From assembly GCF_009914755.1 (NCBI RefSeq), contig NC_060929.1: a stretch of 64,000 nucleotides of DNA; one strand, 5' to 3'. This DNA is from the human T2T-CHM13v2.0 reference genome, Homo sapiens. The notes below the pieces were generated by a model. The model worked only from the letters and a program-made list of their open reading frames with translations, made no database searches and had not been told where the DNA came from. The position numbers and the translations under genes are program-made. Shown here one piece after another: positions 1 through 15,162 of the stretch (position 1 is its first letter; every line of letters begins with the position of its first letter).

Positions 1-2
1 TG

Positions 3-173
<171 letters not shown>

Positions 174-435
174 TAAGCTTTTAAATTTTAAAGAGTGACT
201 AAATACAGAACTTTTGTTATTAAAAGGCAATTCAAGTGGTTCATAAATATGGGATCTACTGAAGGAATAGTTAAAAAAGATGTCTTAGAATGTTTCCACA
301 TCTTTTTGTTTTTGAGACAAGGTCTCGCTCTGTCACCCAGGCTGGAGTGCAGTGGTGCAGTCTTGGCCCACTGCAACATCAGCCTCCAGAGTAGCCGGGA
401 TTACAGGTGTCTGTCTAGTTTTTAAATTTTTTTCA

Positions 436-538
436 TGTCAGGTGGGTAATATGCCCACATTGTAACAAGGTTTGAGGGTGGCACGTTTCACATGTTCACA
501 TGAACACCAAATCATCACACTTATGAACTACAAAAGAG
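436..538 (-). pseudogene. U13 (SNORD13) C/D snoRNA retropseudogene
   Basis: The reverse complement reads ...CTTTTGTAGTTCATAAGTGTGATGATTTGGTGTTCA...GTGCCACCCTCAAACCTTGTTACAATGTGGGCATATTACCCACCTGAC, colinear with U13. Box C GTGATGA and box D CTGA are present, with an A-rich tail (T-run at ~418-433 on +). Confidence 0.85.
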
Positions 539-878
539 TCGCCCACCAGCCTGGGCAACATAGCAAATCCTCATCTTTACAAAAAATATATAAAATATAT
601 ATATATATATATATATACAGGCACACGCCTGTAGTCCCAGCTACTCTGGAGGCTGAGCTTTGTATTTTTTGTAGACATGGGGTCTCTCTATATTACCCAG
701 GCTGGTCTTGAAACTCTGGGCTCAAGCGATCCACCCACCTCCACTTACCAAAGTGTTGGAATTACAGGCGTGAGCCATTGCAACCAGTCGAGTGTTTCCA
801 TTTCTTTCCCTGATTTCAACTTTATTCCCTTTGAGAAAGGTAGAGCAACTTTTACTCCTTACAGATGGAGAAACTTGA

Positions 879-1274
<396 letters not shown>

Positions 1275-1843
1275 TACCCTAGGTCTTAAGAATAGAACTA
1301 TGTAGCTGGGTGCAGTGGCTTACATCTGTAATCCCAGCACTTTGGGAGGCAGAGTTGGGCAGATCACGAGCTCAAAAGTTCAAGACCAGCCTGACCAACA
1401 TGGTGAAACCCTATCTCTACTAAAAATACAAAAATTAGCCAGGTGTGGCAGTGCGCGCCTGTAATCCCAGCTACTCAGGAGGCTGAGGCAGGAGAATCAC
1501 TTGAACCTGGGGGCGGAGGTTGCAGTGAGCCGAGATCATACCATGCACTCCAGCCTGGAGCGAGACTCCATCTCAAAAAAAAAAAAAATTACAAAGTTGG
1601 CCTCAAGGAAGTGGAGTCTAGTTTTAGGGTGGGCAAGTCAGCAATTACAAAAGTGCAATTAGGTTTGAGCAGAGGAAGCATGAGAGCACCTAGGAAAGGA
1701 GTCTTTAGCTTTGTCTTAAATTTCAGTTATATTAATTATACAGTACCCATCTCTTTTCCACTCCTGAATAACATCTAACATCTAGAAACTTTATGAAAAT
1801 CATTATTGATTTGAGCATTTTTAACATTAACTTGTTGCCTTAG

Positions 1844-1984
<141 letters not shown>

Positions 1985-2054
1985 TGAAAAGTGTAATAAT
2001 TCAAACTTAATGCCTGCAAATGCCTGGTTTATTTTTAATGAGTTAATGTTTTAA

Positions 2055-2237
<183 letters not shown>

Positions 2238-2850
2238 CTTGTAAACTTGAGTTGGAGTACTATATTTACAAATAAAATTGGCACCATGTGCCATCTGTAC
2301 ATATTACTGTTGCATTTACTTTTAATAAAGCTTGTGGCCCCTTTTACTTTTTTATAGCTTAACTAATTTGAATGTGGTTACTTCCTACTGTAGGGTAGCG
2401 GAAAAGTTGTCTTAAAAGGTATGGTGGGGATATTTTTAAAAACTCCTTTTGGTTTACCTGGGGATCCAATTGATGTATATGTTTATATACTGGGTTCTTG
2501 TTTTATATACCTGGCTTTTACTTTATTAATATGAGTTACTGAAGGTGATGGAGGTATTTGAAAATTTTACTTCCATAGGACATACTGCATGTAAGCCAAG
2601 TCATGGAGAATCTGCTGCATAGCTCTATTTTAAAGTAAAAGTCTACCACCGAATCCCTAGTCCCCCTGTTTTCTGTTTCTTCTTGTGATTGCTGCCATAA
2701 TTCTAAGTTATTTACTTTTACCACTATTTAAGTTATCAACTTTAGCTAGTATCTTCAAACTTTCACTTTGAAAAATGAGAATTTTATATTCTAAGCCAGT
2801 TTTCATTTTGGTTTTGTGTTTTGGTTAATAAAACAATACTCAAATACAAA
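2238..2850 (+). promoter_or_regulatory. CCNB1: CCNB1 3'UTR with three AATAAA signals, a Pumilio element and CPE-like U-rich motifs
   Basis: AATAAA at 2271, 2324 and 2827; TGTACATA at 2296-2303; TTTTAAT at 2320-2326 overlapping the second signal; several TTTTAT downstream. Confidence 0.85.
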
Positions 2851-3082
2851 AGGTATCTTTTTTAAAAAGTTAGTTTACTGCTTCCTTAGGCTCTTTCTAA
2901 ATCCCACCCACCTGAAGGACATCAATTATGGATTTATCCTTCATGCCTTGTATAAATACAGATGTGCATATGAATTTTTATGGGTTTTTTAAAAATGTGG
3001 TTCATTCTATATATATAACAATTACTTTCAACATACATAAGCCTACCTGTATTTGTGCATTATATTACATGGTACAGATAAA

Positions 3083-3627
<545 letters not shown>

Positions 3628-3634
3628 TAGCTGA

Positions 3635-3883
<249 letters not shown>

Positions 3884-3890
3884 TGACATA

Positions 3891-4127
3891 CAAAAGTGCC
3901 TGTTTTCTCTGCATTATTAAAACTGAAGGTAATCAGTCTTTTATTTCTATGACTCCAACTGGCAAAAAATATTTGCCATTTTAACTTTTTTTTTTGAGAC
4001 GGAGTCAAAAGGTGCCAGTTTTCTCTGCATTATTAAAACTGAAGGTAATCAGTCTTTTATTTCTATGACTCCAACTGGCAAAAGATATTTGCCACGTTAA
4101 CTTTTTTTTTTTTTTTTTGAGACGGAG
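3891..4127. repeat. ~115-bp tandem duplication that includes an Alu tail end
   Basis: gtgcc.gttttctctgcattattaaaactgaaggtaatcagtc...tttttgagacggag occurs at 3891-4005 and again at 4006-4127. Confidence 0.9.
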
Positions 4128-4664
4128 GCTCACACTGTCACCCAGGCTGAAGTGCAGTGGCATGATCTCAGCTCACTTGCAACCTCCGCCTCCCAGGTTC
4201 AAGTGATTCTCCTGCCTCAGCCTCCCAAGGAGTTGGGATTACAGGCGCATACCCGGCTTATTTTTTGTATTTTTAGTAGAAACGGGATTTCACCGTGTTA
4301 GCCAGGATGGTCTCAATCTCCAGACTTCGTGATCGCCCACCTCAGCCTCCCAAAGTGCTGGGATTACAGGCGTGAGCCACCGCGCCCGGCCCTCAGTAGG
4401 CGATTTTTATATGTGGTATAAAGTAGAATTCTTACAGATGGATACCCGTTTATGCCAGTGCCATGACTGAAACCCTGCTTGTCCAACTTGAAATATCTTC
4501 AATGCCCATCTATTCTTCCTTGATCTTGTTTTTTCCTGTGATAATACAATAGTTTTTACCAGTTAATCAGTTAAGATGAGGCTTACCAAATATATGGGAG
4601 TACTACTGAACACTTTTCTATAAAAACTTTAAAATTGTGTACAGTTACCAAAAAGTTCCTTTGA

Positions 4665-4853
<189 letters not shown>

Positions 4854-6230
4854 TAGTAGAGACAGGGTTTCACCACGTTGGCAGTTTGGTCTCGAACTTT
4901 TGACCTCAGGTGATCCGCCCGCCTCAGCCTCCCAAAGTGCTGGGATTACAGGTGTGACCCACCGCGCCCGACCCTCCTTTGAGATTTTGACTATACATTA
5001 TGTACTAGCTTGGGATAGACTGACATATTATCTTACCATCTAGAAACTATCAATCCTTGTTGCATGCCCTTCAATAACGTTGGAATTTAATTGTATAATT
5101 CTGCAACTTTCTTAAATTTATGGTTGGATTTATGCCTTTTGCCTTTTGTCGTTATTGTGAATGGGATATATTTCCCACTTCTGTTTCTTTAAATTTTTTT
5201 CTTCATCTCCCTAGTAGTGTATCCCACTCCTGTTTAGTTTTAAATAGAGACAATGTCTCTCTGTCGCCCAGGATGGAGTACAGTGGTGCAATCATAGTGC
5301 ACTGCTGCCCTGAACTCCAGCTATCCTACCACCTCAGCTTTCTAGGTAGCTATCACTACAGGTGGGCCAACCACATTTGGCTAATATTTTATTTTTTCCT
5401 TTTCTGTGTAGAGATGGGGTCTCACTATGTTGTCCAAGCTGGTCTCAAACTCCTGGCCTCAAGTGACTCTCCCACTTCAGCCTCTTAAAGCACTGGGATT
5501 ATAGACGTGAGCCAACGCGCCTGACGCCCACTTCTATTTTTAATATCTTATCCAGTTGACATCAGTTTTCCTTCTTTAATATTTTTGTTGTTGTTGTTGT
5601 TGAGACAGAGTCTAGCTCTGTTGCCCAAGCTGGAGTGCAGTGGCGCGATCTCGGCTCACTGCAAACTCTGCCCCGCCGGGTTCACACCATTCACGTGCCT
5701 CAGCCTCCCGAGTAGCTGGGACTAGGGGTGCCCGCCACGACGCCCAGCTAATTTTTTGTATTTTTAGTAGAGACAGGGTTTCACTGTGCCAGCCACGATG
5801 ATCTCGATCTCCTCACCTCATGATCCACCCGGCAGTGGCCCCCCAAAATGCTGAGATTACAGGTGTGAGCCACTGTGCCCAGCCCTTCTTGAATGTTTTT
5901 TATTGGAGAATTTTCTAGTCCTTAAATCCAAAAGTTTCACCTATTTTATAATATTAGAATCTCTGAAATAATCAGTGATAATAAATGGTTTCCTGTCACT
6001 GAATTGATGTCACACAGTAATAGAAACTACAAAGACCAATTAAATAGCAAAAAATATCAAATGATAAAAATACTATGTCATGTTTATTTTTTAAATTTTG
6101 ATTCCATGCTGTGCTCAAACTGTGGAGTTTTTAATAGGCAAGGTTGTGGAATTCCATTAACATTTTCAGCGTATGATATCATTTTGGCTTCTCTCTTTTG
6201 ATATAGTATTCCACCTTAGAGATTTCCTAT

Positions 6231-6968
6231 TGTGTCCGAAATTTGTTCCTTCCGGTGGGTTCTTGGTCTCGTTGACTTCAAGAATGAAGCCACGGACCCT
6301 CGCGGTGAGTGTTACAGTTTTTAAAGATGGTGTGTCCGGAGTTTATTCTTTCTGATGTTCAGGTGTATCCGGAGTTTCTTCCTTCTGGTGGGTTCATGTT
6401 CTCGCTGACTTCAGGAGTGAAGCCGCAGACCTTCGACCTTTGCAGTGAGTGTTACAGTGTTACAGCTCATAAAGACAGCACTGTTCTCTTCTCCCGGTGG
6501 GTTCATGGTCTCGCTGGCTTCAGGAGTGAAGCTGCAGACCTTCCGGTGAGTGTTACAGCTCATAAAGGCAGTGCAGACCCAAAGAGTAAGCAGCAGCAGG
6601 ATTTACTGCAAAGAGCAAAACAACAAACATTCCACAGCATAGAATAGAACCCATGCCCCTGCTGGCACAGGTGGCCAGCTTTTATTCCCTTATTTCGCCC
6701 TGCCCACTTCCTGCTGATTGGTCCATTTTACAGAGTGCTGATTGGTCCATTTTTACAGAGTGCTGATTGGTGCGTTTACAAACCTTTAGCTAGACACAGA
6801 GCACTGATTGGTGCGTTTTTACACAGTGCTGATTGGTGCATTTACAAATCTTTAGTTAGACACAGAGTGCTCATTGGTGTGTTTACAATCCTTTAGCTAG
6901 ACAGAAAAGTTCTCCAAGTCCTTTACCTGATTAGCTAGACAGAGAAGCCCAGTCGGCTTCATATCTCA
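6231..6968 (-). mobile_element. Solo LTR12-family (ERV9) LTR
   Basis: TG...CA ends with 4-bp TSD CTAT (6227-6230, 6969-6972). Carries ERV9-type repeats (gtgagtgttacagctc, gctgattggtgcgtttacaa, tagctagaca) and six CCAAT boxes on the minus strand. Confidence 0.92.
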
Positions 6969-7108
6969 CTATGGTGGAATGAATTCTTGCTTATGGTATA
7001 TACATTTAATTTGCTAATACTTCACTTACAAATTTTTGCAGCTCGGGCCAGGCGTGGTGGCTCACGCCTGTAATCCCAGCACTTTAGGAGGCTGAGAGGG
7101 GCAGATCA

Positions 7109-7929
<821 letters not shown>

Positions 7930-8545
7930 TAGAGACAGGGTGTCTTCATGTTGATCAGGCTGGTCTCGAACTCCCGACCTCAGGTGATCGGGCCTCCCAA
8001 AGTGTTGGGACTTCAGGCGTGAGCCACCACACCCGGCCAGTTTCATCTTTTTAAAGCCTTAAATCATTTGAAGTTCCCATTCATTCGTTGGAAACTAGCT
8101 AAATTAAACAGTAAAGTCCTTTGTCCTGGAGCTATTAAATATAATAGGCCAGTCACAGTAGCTCACACCTGTAATCCCAGCACTTTTCAAGCCTGAGGCG
8201 GGTGTACTGCTTGAGACCAGGAGCTCAAGACCAGCCTGGGCAACATAGCGAAATCTCATCTATACAAAAATTAGCCAGGCGTACTGGAGTGCACCTGTGA
8301 TTCCAGCTACCCAGGAGGCTGAGGTGGGAGAATCCCTGAGCCAGGGAAGTCAAGACTACAGTGAGCCAAGATCACGCAACTGCACTCCAGCCTGGGTGTG
8401 GGAGTGAGACCCTGTCTCAAAAAATAAAATGGTAGATATTCCATGCTTTTTTGGTCTCTAAAAATTTTTCTCTCTGTATGATATAATCGCTCTTTTAGAG
8501 ATGTTCCCCTGGCCCCCGCCCCCACCCTGCAACAATAGAAAATTA

Positions 8546-8686
<141 letters not shown>

Positions 8687-9262
8687 TTAGCACTTTAGGA
8701 GGCCTAGTCAGGAGGATTGCTTGAGCCCAGGAATTTGAGACCAGCCTGGGCAACATGGTGAGACCCTGTCTCTATTAGAAAAAATATATATATAATTTAA
8801 AAAATTAGCCCGGCAGTCATGGTGGTATGTGCCTGTAGACCTAGCTACTTAGAATGCTGAGGCAGGAGGATCACTAGAGCCCAGGAGTTTGAGGCTATAG
8901 TGAGCTATGTTCATGCTACTGCACTCCAAGCTGGGTGACACAGCAAGACCCTGCCTCTTACAAAAAAAAAAAAGAAAAAAAAATCATCCATTCTAGATTT
9001 TTAAAGTTATAGTTGTAGAGGACCATGACAAAATTAATCTCTTCTGAATGTACAGTTATATCTTCTTTCTCAGTCCTGATGTTGAGTACTTTTTTTTTCT
9101 AATCAGACTTGCCCATGAGATTATTTCATTGGCCTTTTGAAAGAACTAGTTTTTGGTGTTACCATTTCTACCATTTTTATTTTGTGGTTGTAGCTTTTAC
9201 ATTATTCCCACCATCTCCTTTATTTTCTAGTTTAAATATTTTCTATATTTTAGTCATGAAAG

Positions 9263-10231
<969 letters not shown>

Positions 10232-10316
10232 TGAGTCACCGCACCTGGCCAGTCAATATCTTTTGAGATTTTATTTATTTATTTTTTGTCAGCTTGATGT
10301 TGGGTGTTTTTTTAAG

Positions 10317-10470
10317 AATTTTCAATTCTTGCCTCCTCAGAAGAAAGGATTTGACTGAGGGGCATAAGGCAGAAGAAGAAACCCAGGCAAGTTTCAGAGC
10401 AGGAGTGAAATTTTATTAAAAAGCCTCAGAACACTAAGGAAAGGAAGGAAAGTAAAGAAAAGAAGGAAAG
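10317..10470 (-). mobile_element. ERV1-class LTR 3' fragment
   Basis: ttcttgcctcctcagaagaaag...gactgaggggcataaggcagaa...ttttattaaaaag resembles MER4-group LTR U5/R with a minus-strand AATAAA. Subfamily uncertain. Confidence 0.5.
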
Positions 10471-11364
10471 GTATGTGCTTTCCTTGGTTGATAAACCAAG
10501 TGTGCCTGGTGATTTTTAATGTTACTGAAGATGTGGCATGTTAAAAAGGCATCTTTCTGCTAGCACAGTGGCTCACATCTGTAATCCCATGATTGTTTTT
10601 GTTTTAAATCTTGGCCAGGCTGGTCTCGAACTCCTGGGCTCCACAGATCCTCTTGCCTCAGCCTCCCAAAGTGCTGGGATTACTGGCATGAGCCACCACA
10701 CCAGCGGTGTAATCCCAGTGTTTTGGGAGGCCAGGGTAGGAGGATCAATTGAGGCCAGGAGTTTAAGACCAGCCTGGGCAACAGCGCAAGACACTGTCTC
10801 TACAAAAATTAGCCAGGCATGGTGGCCTGTGGTTCAACCTGAGTGAGACCATGACTCTAAAAATCAAAAAAAAAAAAAAAAAACCCTGCCACAATCCTAT
10901 CACACTAAGAAAATTGGTAACTTAATATCTAATATGCAGAACATATTCAAATTTCCTCAGTTGTTCCAAAAATGTATTAGGGCTTTTATTTTTTTTCCTT
11001 TTCCAATCCAAGATTCAATCATGGTTTGTTTTTCTATATAGAACAACTGCCCTGTTTTCTGTGTTTCAGGACATAGACATGAATTGTCTTGTAGAATGTT
11101 CCTCAGTCTGGATTTCTTGTCTCATGTTTTCAGCACAGTTAAGTTCAGGTTACACATTTGGCAATATAGGTGATGTGTACAACTCATGCATTATATTAGA
11201 ATCAGACATCAGATTGTTATACCATTTTTGATACCAATTTTGACCATCTGGTTAAGGTGGTAACCACTAGCTATAACATTCCTCTGAAGTGCTGGTCTCT
11301 AGTTTTAGCACTCATTAATTATACTTTCCTGACATTTATCTCCCTGGGAGTGGTAAGATGGTAG

Positions 11365-11672
<308 letters not shown>

Positions 11673-11802
11673 TGATCTGCCTGCCTCGCCTTCCCAAAGT
11701 GCTAGGATTATAGGCATCAGCCACCATGCAGGGCCTTACACCCACCCTTTTTTGTTTTACTGTGAATTTTTTTTTTAATTGCGTTTTATGACCCTTTATG
11801 GT

Positions 11803-11944
11803 GGTGGTTCTCAAAGTGTCCTCCTCAATAAGCAAGAGCAACTTTACCTGGGAACTTGTTACAAATGCAAAACAATCCTAGAGACACCCAGAAATGTGTT
11901 TTAACAAGGTCTCCTCCGAATTCTCACGGTTGGATAACCATTGC
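11803..11944. mobile_element. MER5A-like hAT-Charlie fossil
   Basis: gtggttctcaaagtg...acctgggaacttgtt..aaatgcaaa...tgtgttttaacaag...aaccattgc. Confidence 0.65.
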
Positions 11945-12530
11945 ATTATTATTTTTATAAAAAAAATTTTTGAGACAGTCTTTTTTGTATTTTTAGTAGA
12001 GATGGGGTTTTACCATGTTGGCCAGGCTGGTCTCAAACTACTGACCTCAGGTGATCTGCTCACTTTGGCCTCCCAAAGTGGTGGGATTACAGGCGTGAGC
12101 GACTGCACATTGCATTATTTTTGTCCCAAATGTGAGCAGTGGAGACACCTGATAGGCAACTGCTTAAAAGGATAAGATTGTGGTGAGACAGTGGAAGGCA
12201 TCCACTAAGTGGTAAAGAGAAAAAGTTAACAATGGGATCATCCTTTTTGTAAAACAAAATGAAAGGAAACAAGAAAATGTTCCATAAGTTTACATGTAGG
12301 AATAGCAAACCTAATGCCTGATTTTACATCCTGTGCTTTTTTTTTTTTTTGAGACAGGGTCTCACTCTGTCACCCAGGATGGAGAGCAGTGGTGCGATCA
12401 TAGGTCACTGCAGTCCTCAACGGCTGGGGCCCAAGTGATCCTCCCATCTCAGCCTCCTGAGTAGCTGGGACCACAGGTCTAAGTCACCACACCTGTTGTT
12501 TTTTTGTTTGTTTGTTTGTTTTTGTTTTAA

Positions 12531-12857
<327 letters not shown>

Positions 12858-14039
12858 TAGTAGAGACGAGGTTTCTCCATGTTGGTCAGGCTGGTCTCCA
12901 ACTCCTGACCTCGAGATCCTCCCGCCTCGGCTTCCCAAAGTGCTGGGATTATAGGTGTGAGCCACAGCGCCCGGCTTTTTTTTTTTTTTTTGAGACGGAG
13001 TTTCACTCTGTCACCCAGGCTGAAGTGCAGTGGCGCGATCTCAGCTCACTGCAACCTCCGCCCCCCCGGGTTCAAACGATTCTCCTGCCTCAGCCTCCTG
13101 AGTAGCTGGGATTACAGGCGCCCGCCACCACACGCAGCTAACTTTTGTATTTTTAGTAGAGACGGGGTTTCACCATGTTGGCCAGGCTGGTCTTGAACTC
13201 CTGACTTCAGGTGATCCACCCGCCTCAGCCCCCAAAGTGCTGGGAGTACAGGGGTGAGCCACCACGCCCAGCGAATTTAACTTTTGTCAGGAGCCGTATT
13301 ACATTGACAATGGAGAGGAAGAAAACAGCACAGTATGATCAAGTTTAACTAGTGGGTAATTAGCTGTAAAAGAACTCTCGACTCTTGATCAAAGAGGTTC
13401 AAGCTGCTGTGCTTGTGCGGCAAGGACAGTGTCCAAATGAAAAACTACAAATCAGTCATCTGTCCTTCATTTTCTCCATTCCCCCCACTCACTACACAGC
13501 TAAGAAAGCTCAAAGGTACCCTGCAGACACTCAAAACTTGAGGGCACGCAACTCTCAGTTACGAGTGGTGGCAATCATAATGACAGAATGAAGTACCAGT
13601 GCAAGAAACTGGAAGCGTGTGGATGTCTCCAGGCTGGAAGTCTGGGTTCGAAATGTCTGCAATGCCTCGCACTTGTGGCCCGTCCCTGATCTTCAGAAGC
13701 CACTGGTTTCTCCGCCAAACAAAGGGTATGCACCTCATGGGCTCAGGTCAAAAAAGTCTTCTAAACAACCCTCTAATGTTTATCTTTCACAGCCTGCCGG
13801 GCACACCCATCTTCAAAGGCAGAGGACGGAAAAGTGCCAAGATGGATGGACATATGGCTGTCGCCGCACTCCCGTGTCCAAGCGCCAAGGCCGAATGACC
13901 ACTTAGGTCAGGAGATTTTTCCCCTCCAGGCTGCTGTTCCCGGGAGATGTCCCAACGTCTCTAGTCCAGCCCCTAACTCAGCACTCTACACATCCGACGC
14001 TTAACGAAAGCTATTCCAACTTTTTACCAGCCGTCTGCA

Positions 14040-14240
14040 GTTATTTTCACCAGTAGAGCCCGGATGAAAGAGGAGCCCGTAGTAACCACGGCAACCGAAA
14101 AACAAGGCGGAAAGGGTGGGGCCCTGGGCGGAAGGGGCGGGGCCCTCGGGCCTTTTCCCGGCGTCCATTTAGTGGCGGGAAAAGCGACCTTTTCTGAGCG
14201 CGTTTGCCTGTTGAGTGGTAGCCTTTCCCCTCAACCAGCA
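14040..14240 (+). promoter_or_regulatory. CENPH: CENPH CpG-island promoter with X-box, GC boxes and E2F site
   Basis: CpG-rich ~13850-14500; GTAACCACGGCAAC (RFX X-box) at 14082-14095; GGGGCGGGG at 14134-14142; GGCGGGAAAA (E2F, TTTCCCGC on minus) at 14174-14183. Confidence 0.8.
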
Positions 14241-14374
14241 ATGGAGGAGCAGCCCCAGATGCAAGACGCCGACGAGCCCGCGGACTCCGGAGGGGAAGGC
14301 CGGGCAGGCGGGCCACCGCAGGTCGCCGGCGCCCAGGCGGCGTGCAGCGAGGACCGCATGACCCTGCTCCTCAG
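14241..14374 (+). CDS. CENPH: CENP-H exon 1 (MEEQPQMQDADEPADSGGEGRAGGPPQVAGAQAACSEDRMTLLL)
   Basis: gcaATGG Kozak context; 134 nt; donor AG|GTTGTT; frame joins exon 2. Confidence 0.95.
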
Positions 14375-14879
14375 GTTGTTCCCTTTGGCCTCCTCAGCCG
14401 GGGCCAAGTGGGCGTTGTGGCCCGGAACTCCGCCCTTGCTCAGAAGGGCTAGGGTTCGAATTCACGCTCGGTCACGTCAGGTCTCCGTGATTGCCTCATT
14501 CACTTAAACTGTTGAAGCTCTTTCTTCATCAGCGAAAAGGAGAGAAAAATGACCCCCTGGAGAGAGGTTACAAGGGTTAAATGAGATAGTCTAGGAAAGT
14601 GTTGAGCACAGTGCCCCGGGCCCTTAGAAGCTGTAATTTCTCCTCCTGTTTCCCCGCCCTCCCCCTACCTCTCTGGTTTACAGACAAATTGAATGCCAGA
14701 GCTAAACTGGAAGGAAGGTGCCCCTACCATTTCTTTTAGAACTACGACCCTTTGTAACCCAGAAGCTTTGTATGTTATAAATTCTACTAAGCGGACGGTG
14801 TTTATACTTTTCCACTAAGCCGTTGCTGGGGAAGATTCGATGAGAAGGGACATTCGTCTTCTAAACTAGTGAGCAGGAG

Positions 14880-15162
14880 AAGGTCCTGGGCCAAATCTGC
14901 CTAACTGCCTATTTTTGTGTGACCACTCAAGCTAAGAATAGTTTTTATGTTTAAGTGTTGCAGGGAAAAGATCATAAAAATATTTCATAACACGTGAACT
15001 CTATTAGAAATTCAAGTTTCAGTTTCCATAAACAGTTTTATTGGAGTACAACTTTCCTGCCACAAGGGTGGAATTGAGTAGCTAAAACAGAGACCGTGTG
15101 ACTCACAAACCCTAAAAAATTTACTATCAGGTCCTTTACAGAAAAAAATTTGCGGTCCTCTG
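14880..15162 (+). mobile_element. MER58B-like hAT-Charlie fossil
   Basis: gggccaaatctgcc...gctaagaatagttttta...ttttattgga...gagtagc...agagaccg...tttacagaaaaaaatttgc. Confidence 0.65.

Noticed and set aside
6300-6900. Repeat-spacer-like periodicity suggesting a CRISPR-type array
   Set aside because: These are the normal internal tandem repeats of the LTR12 LTR in a primate genome.
13385-13906. Overlapping 68-99 aa ORFs in unique sequence upstream of CENPH
   Set aside because: No recognisable homology or splice-supported structure; consistent with chance ORFs at a promoter flank.
14452-14465. B-box-like GGTTCGA motifs (also ~42685) hinting at tRNA/Pol III genes
   Set aside because: No A-box, cloverleaf or T-run terminator can be built around them.
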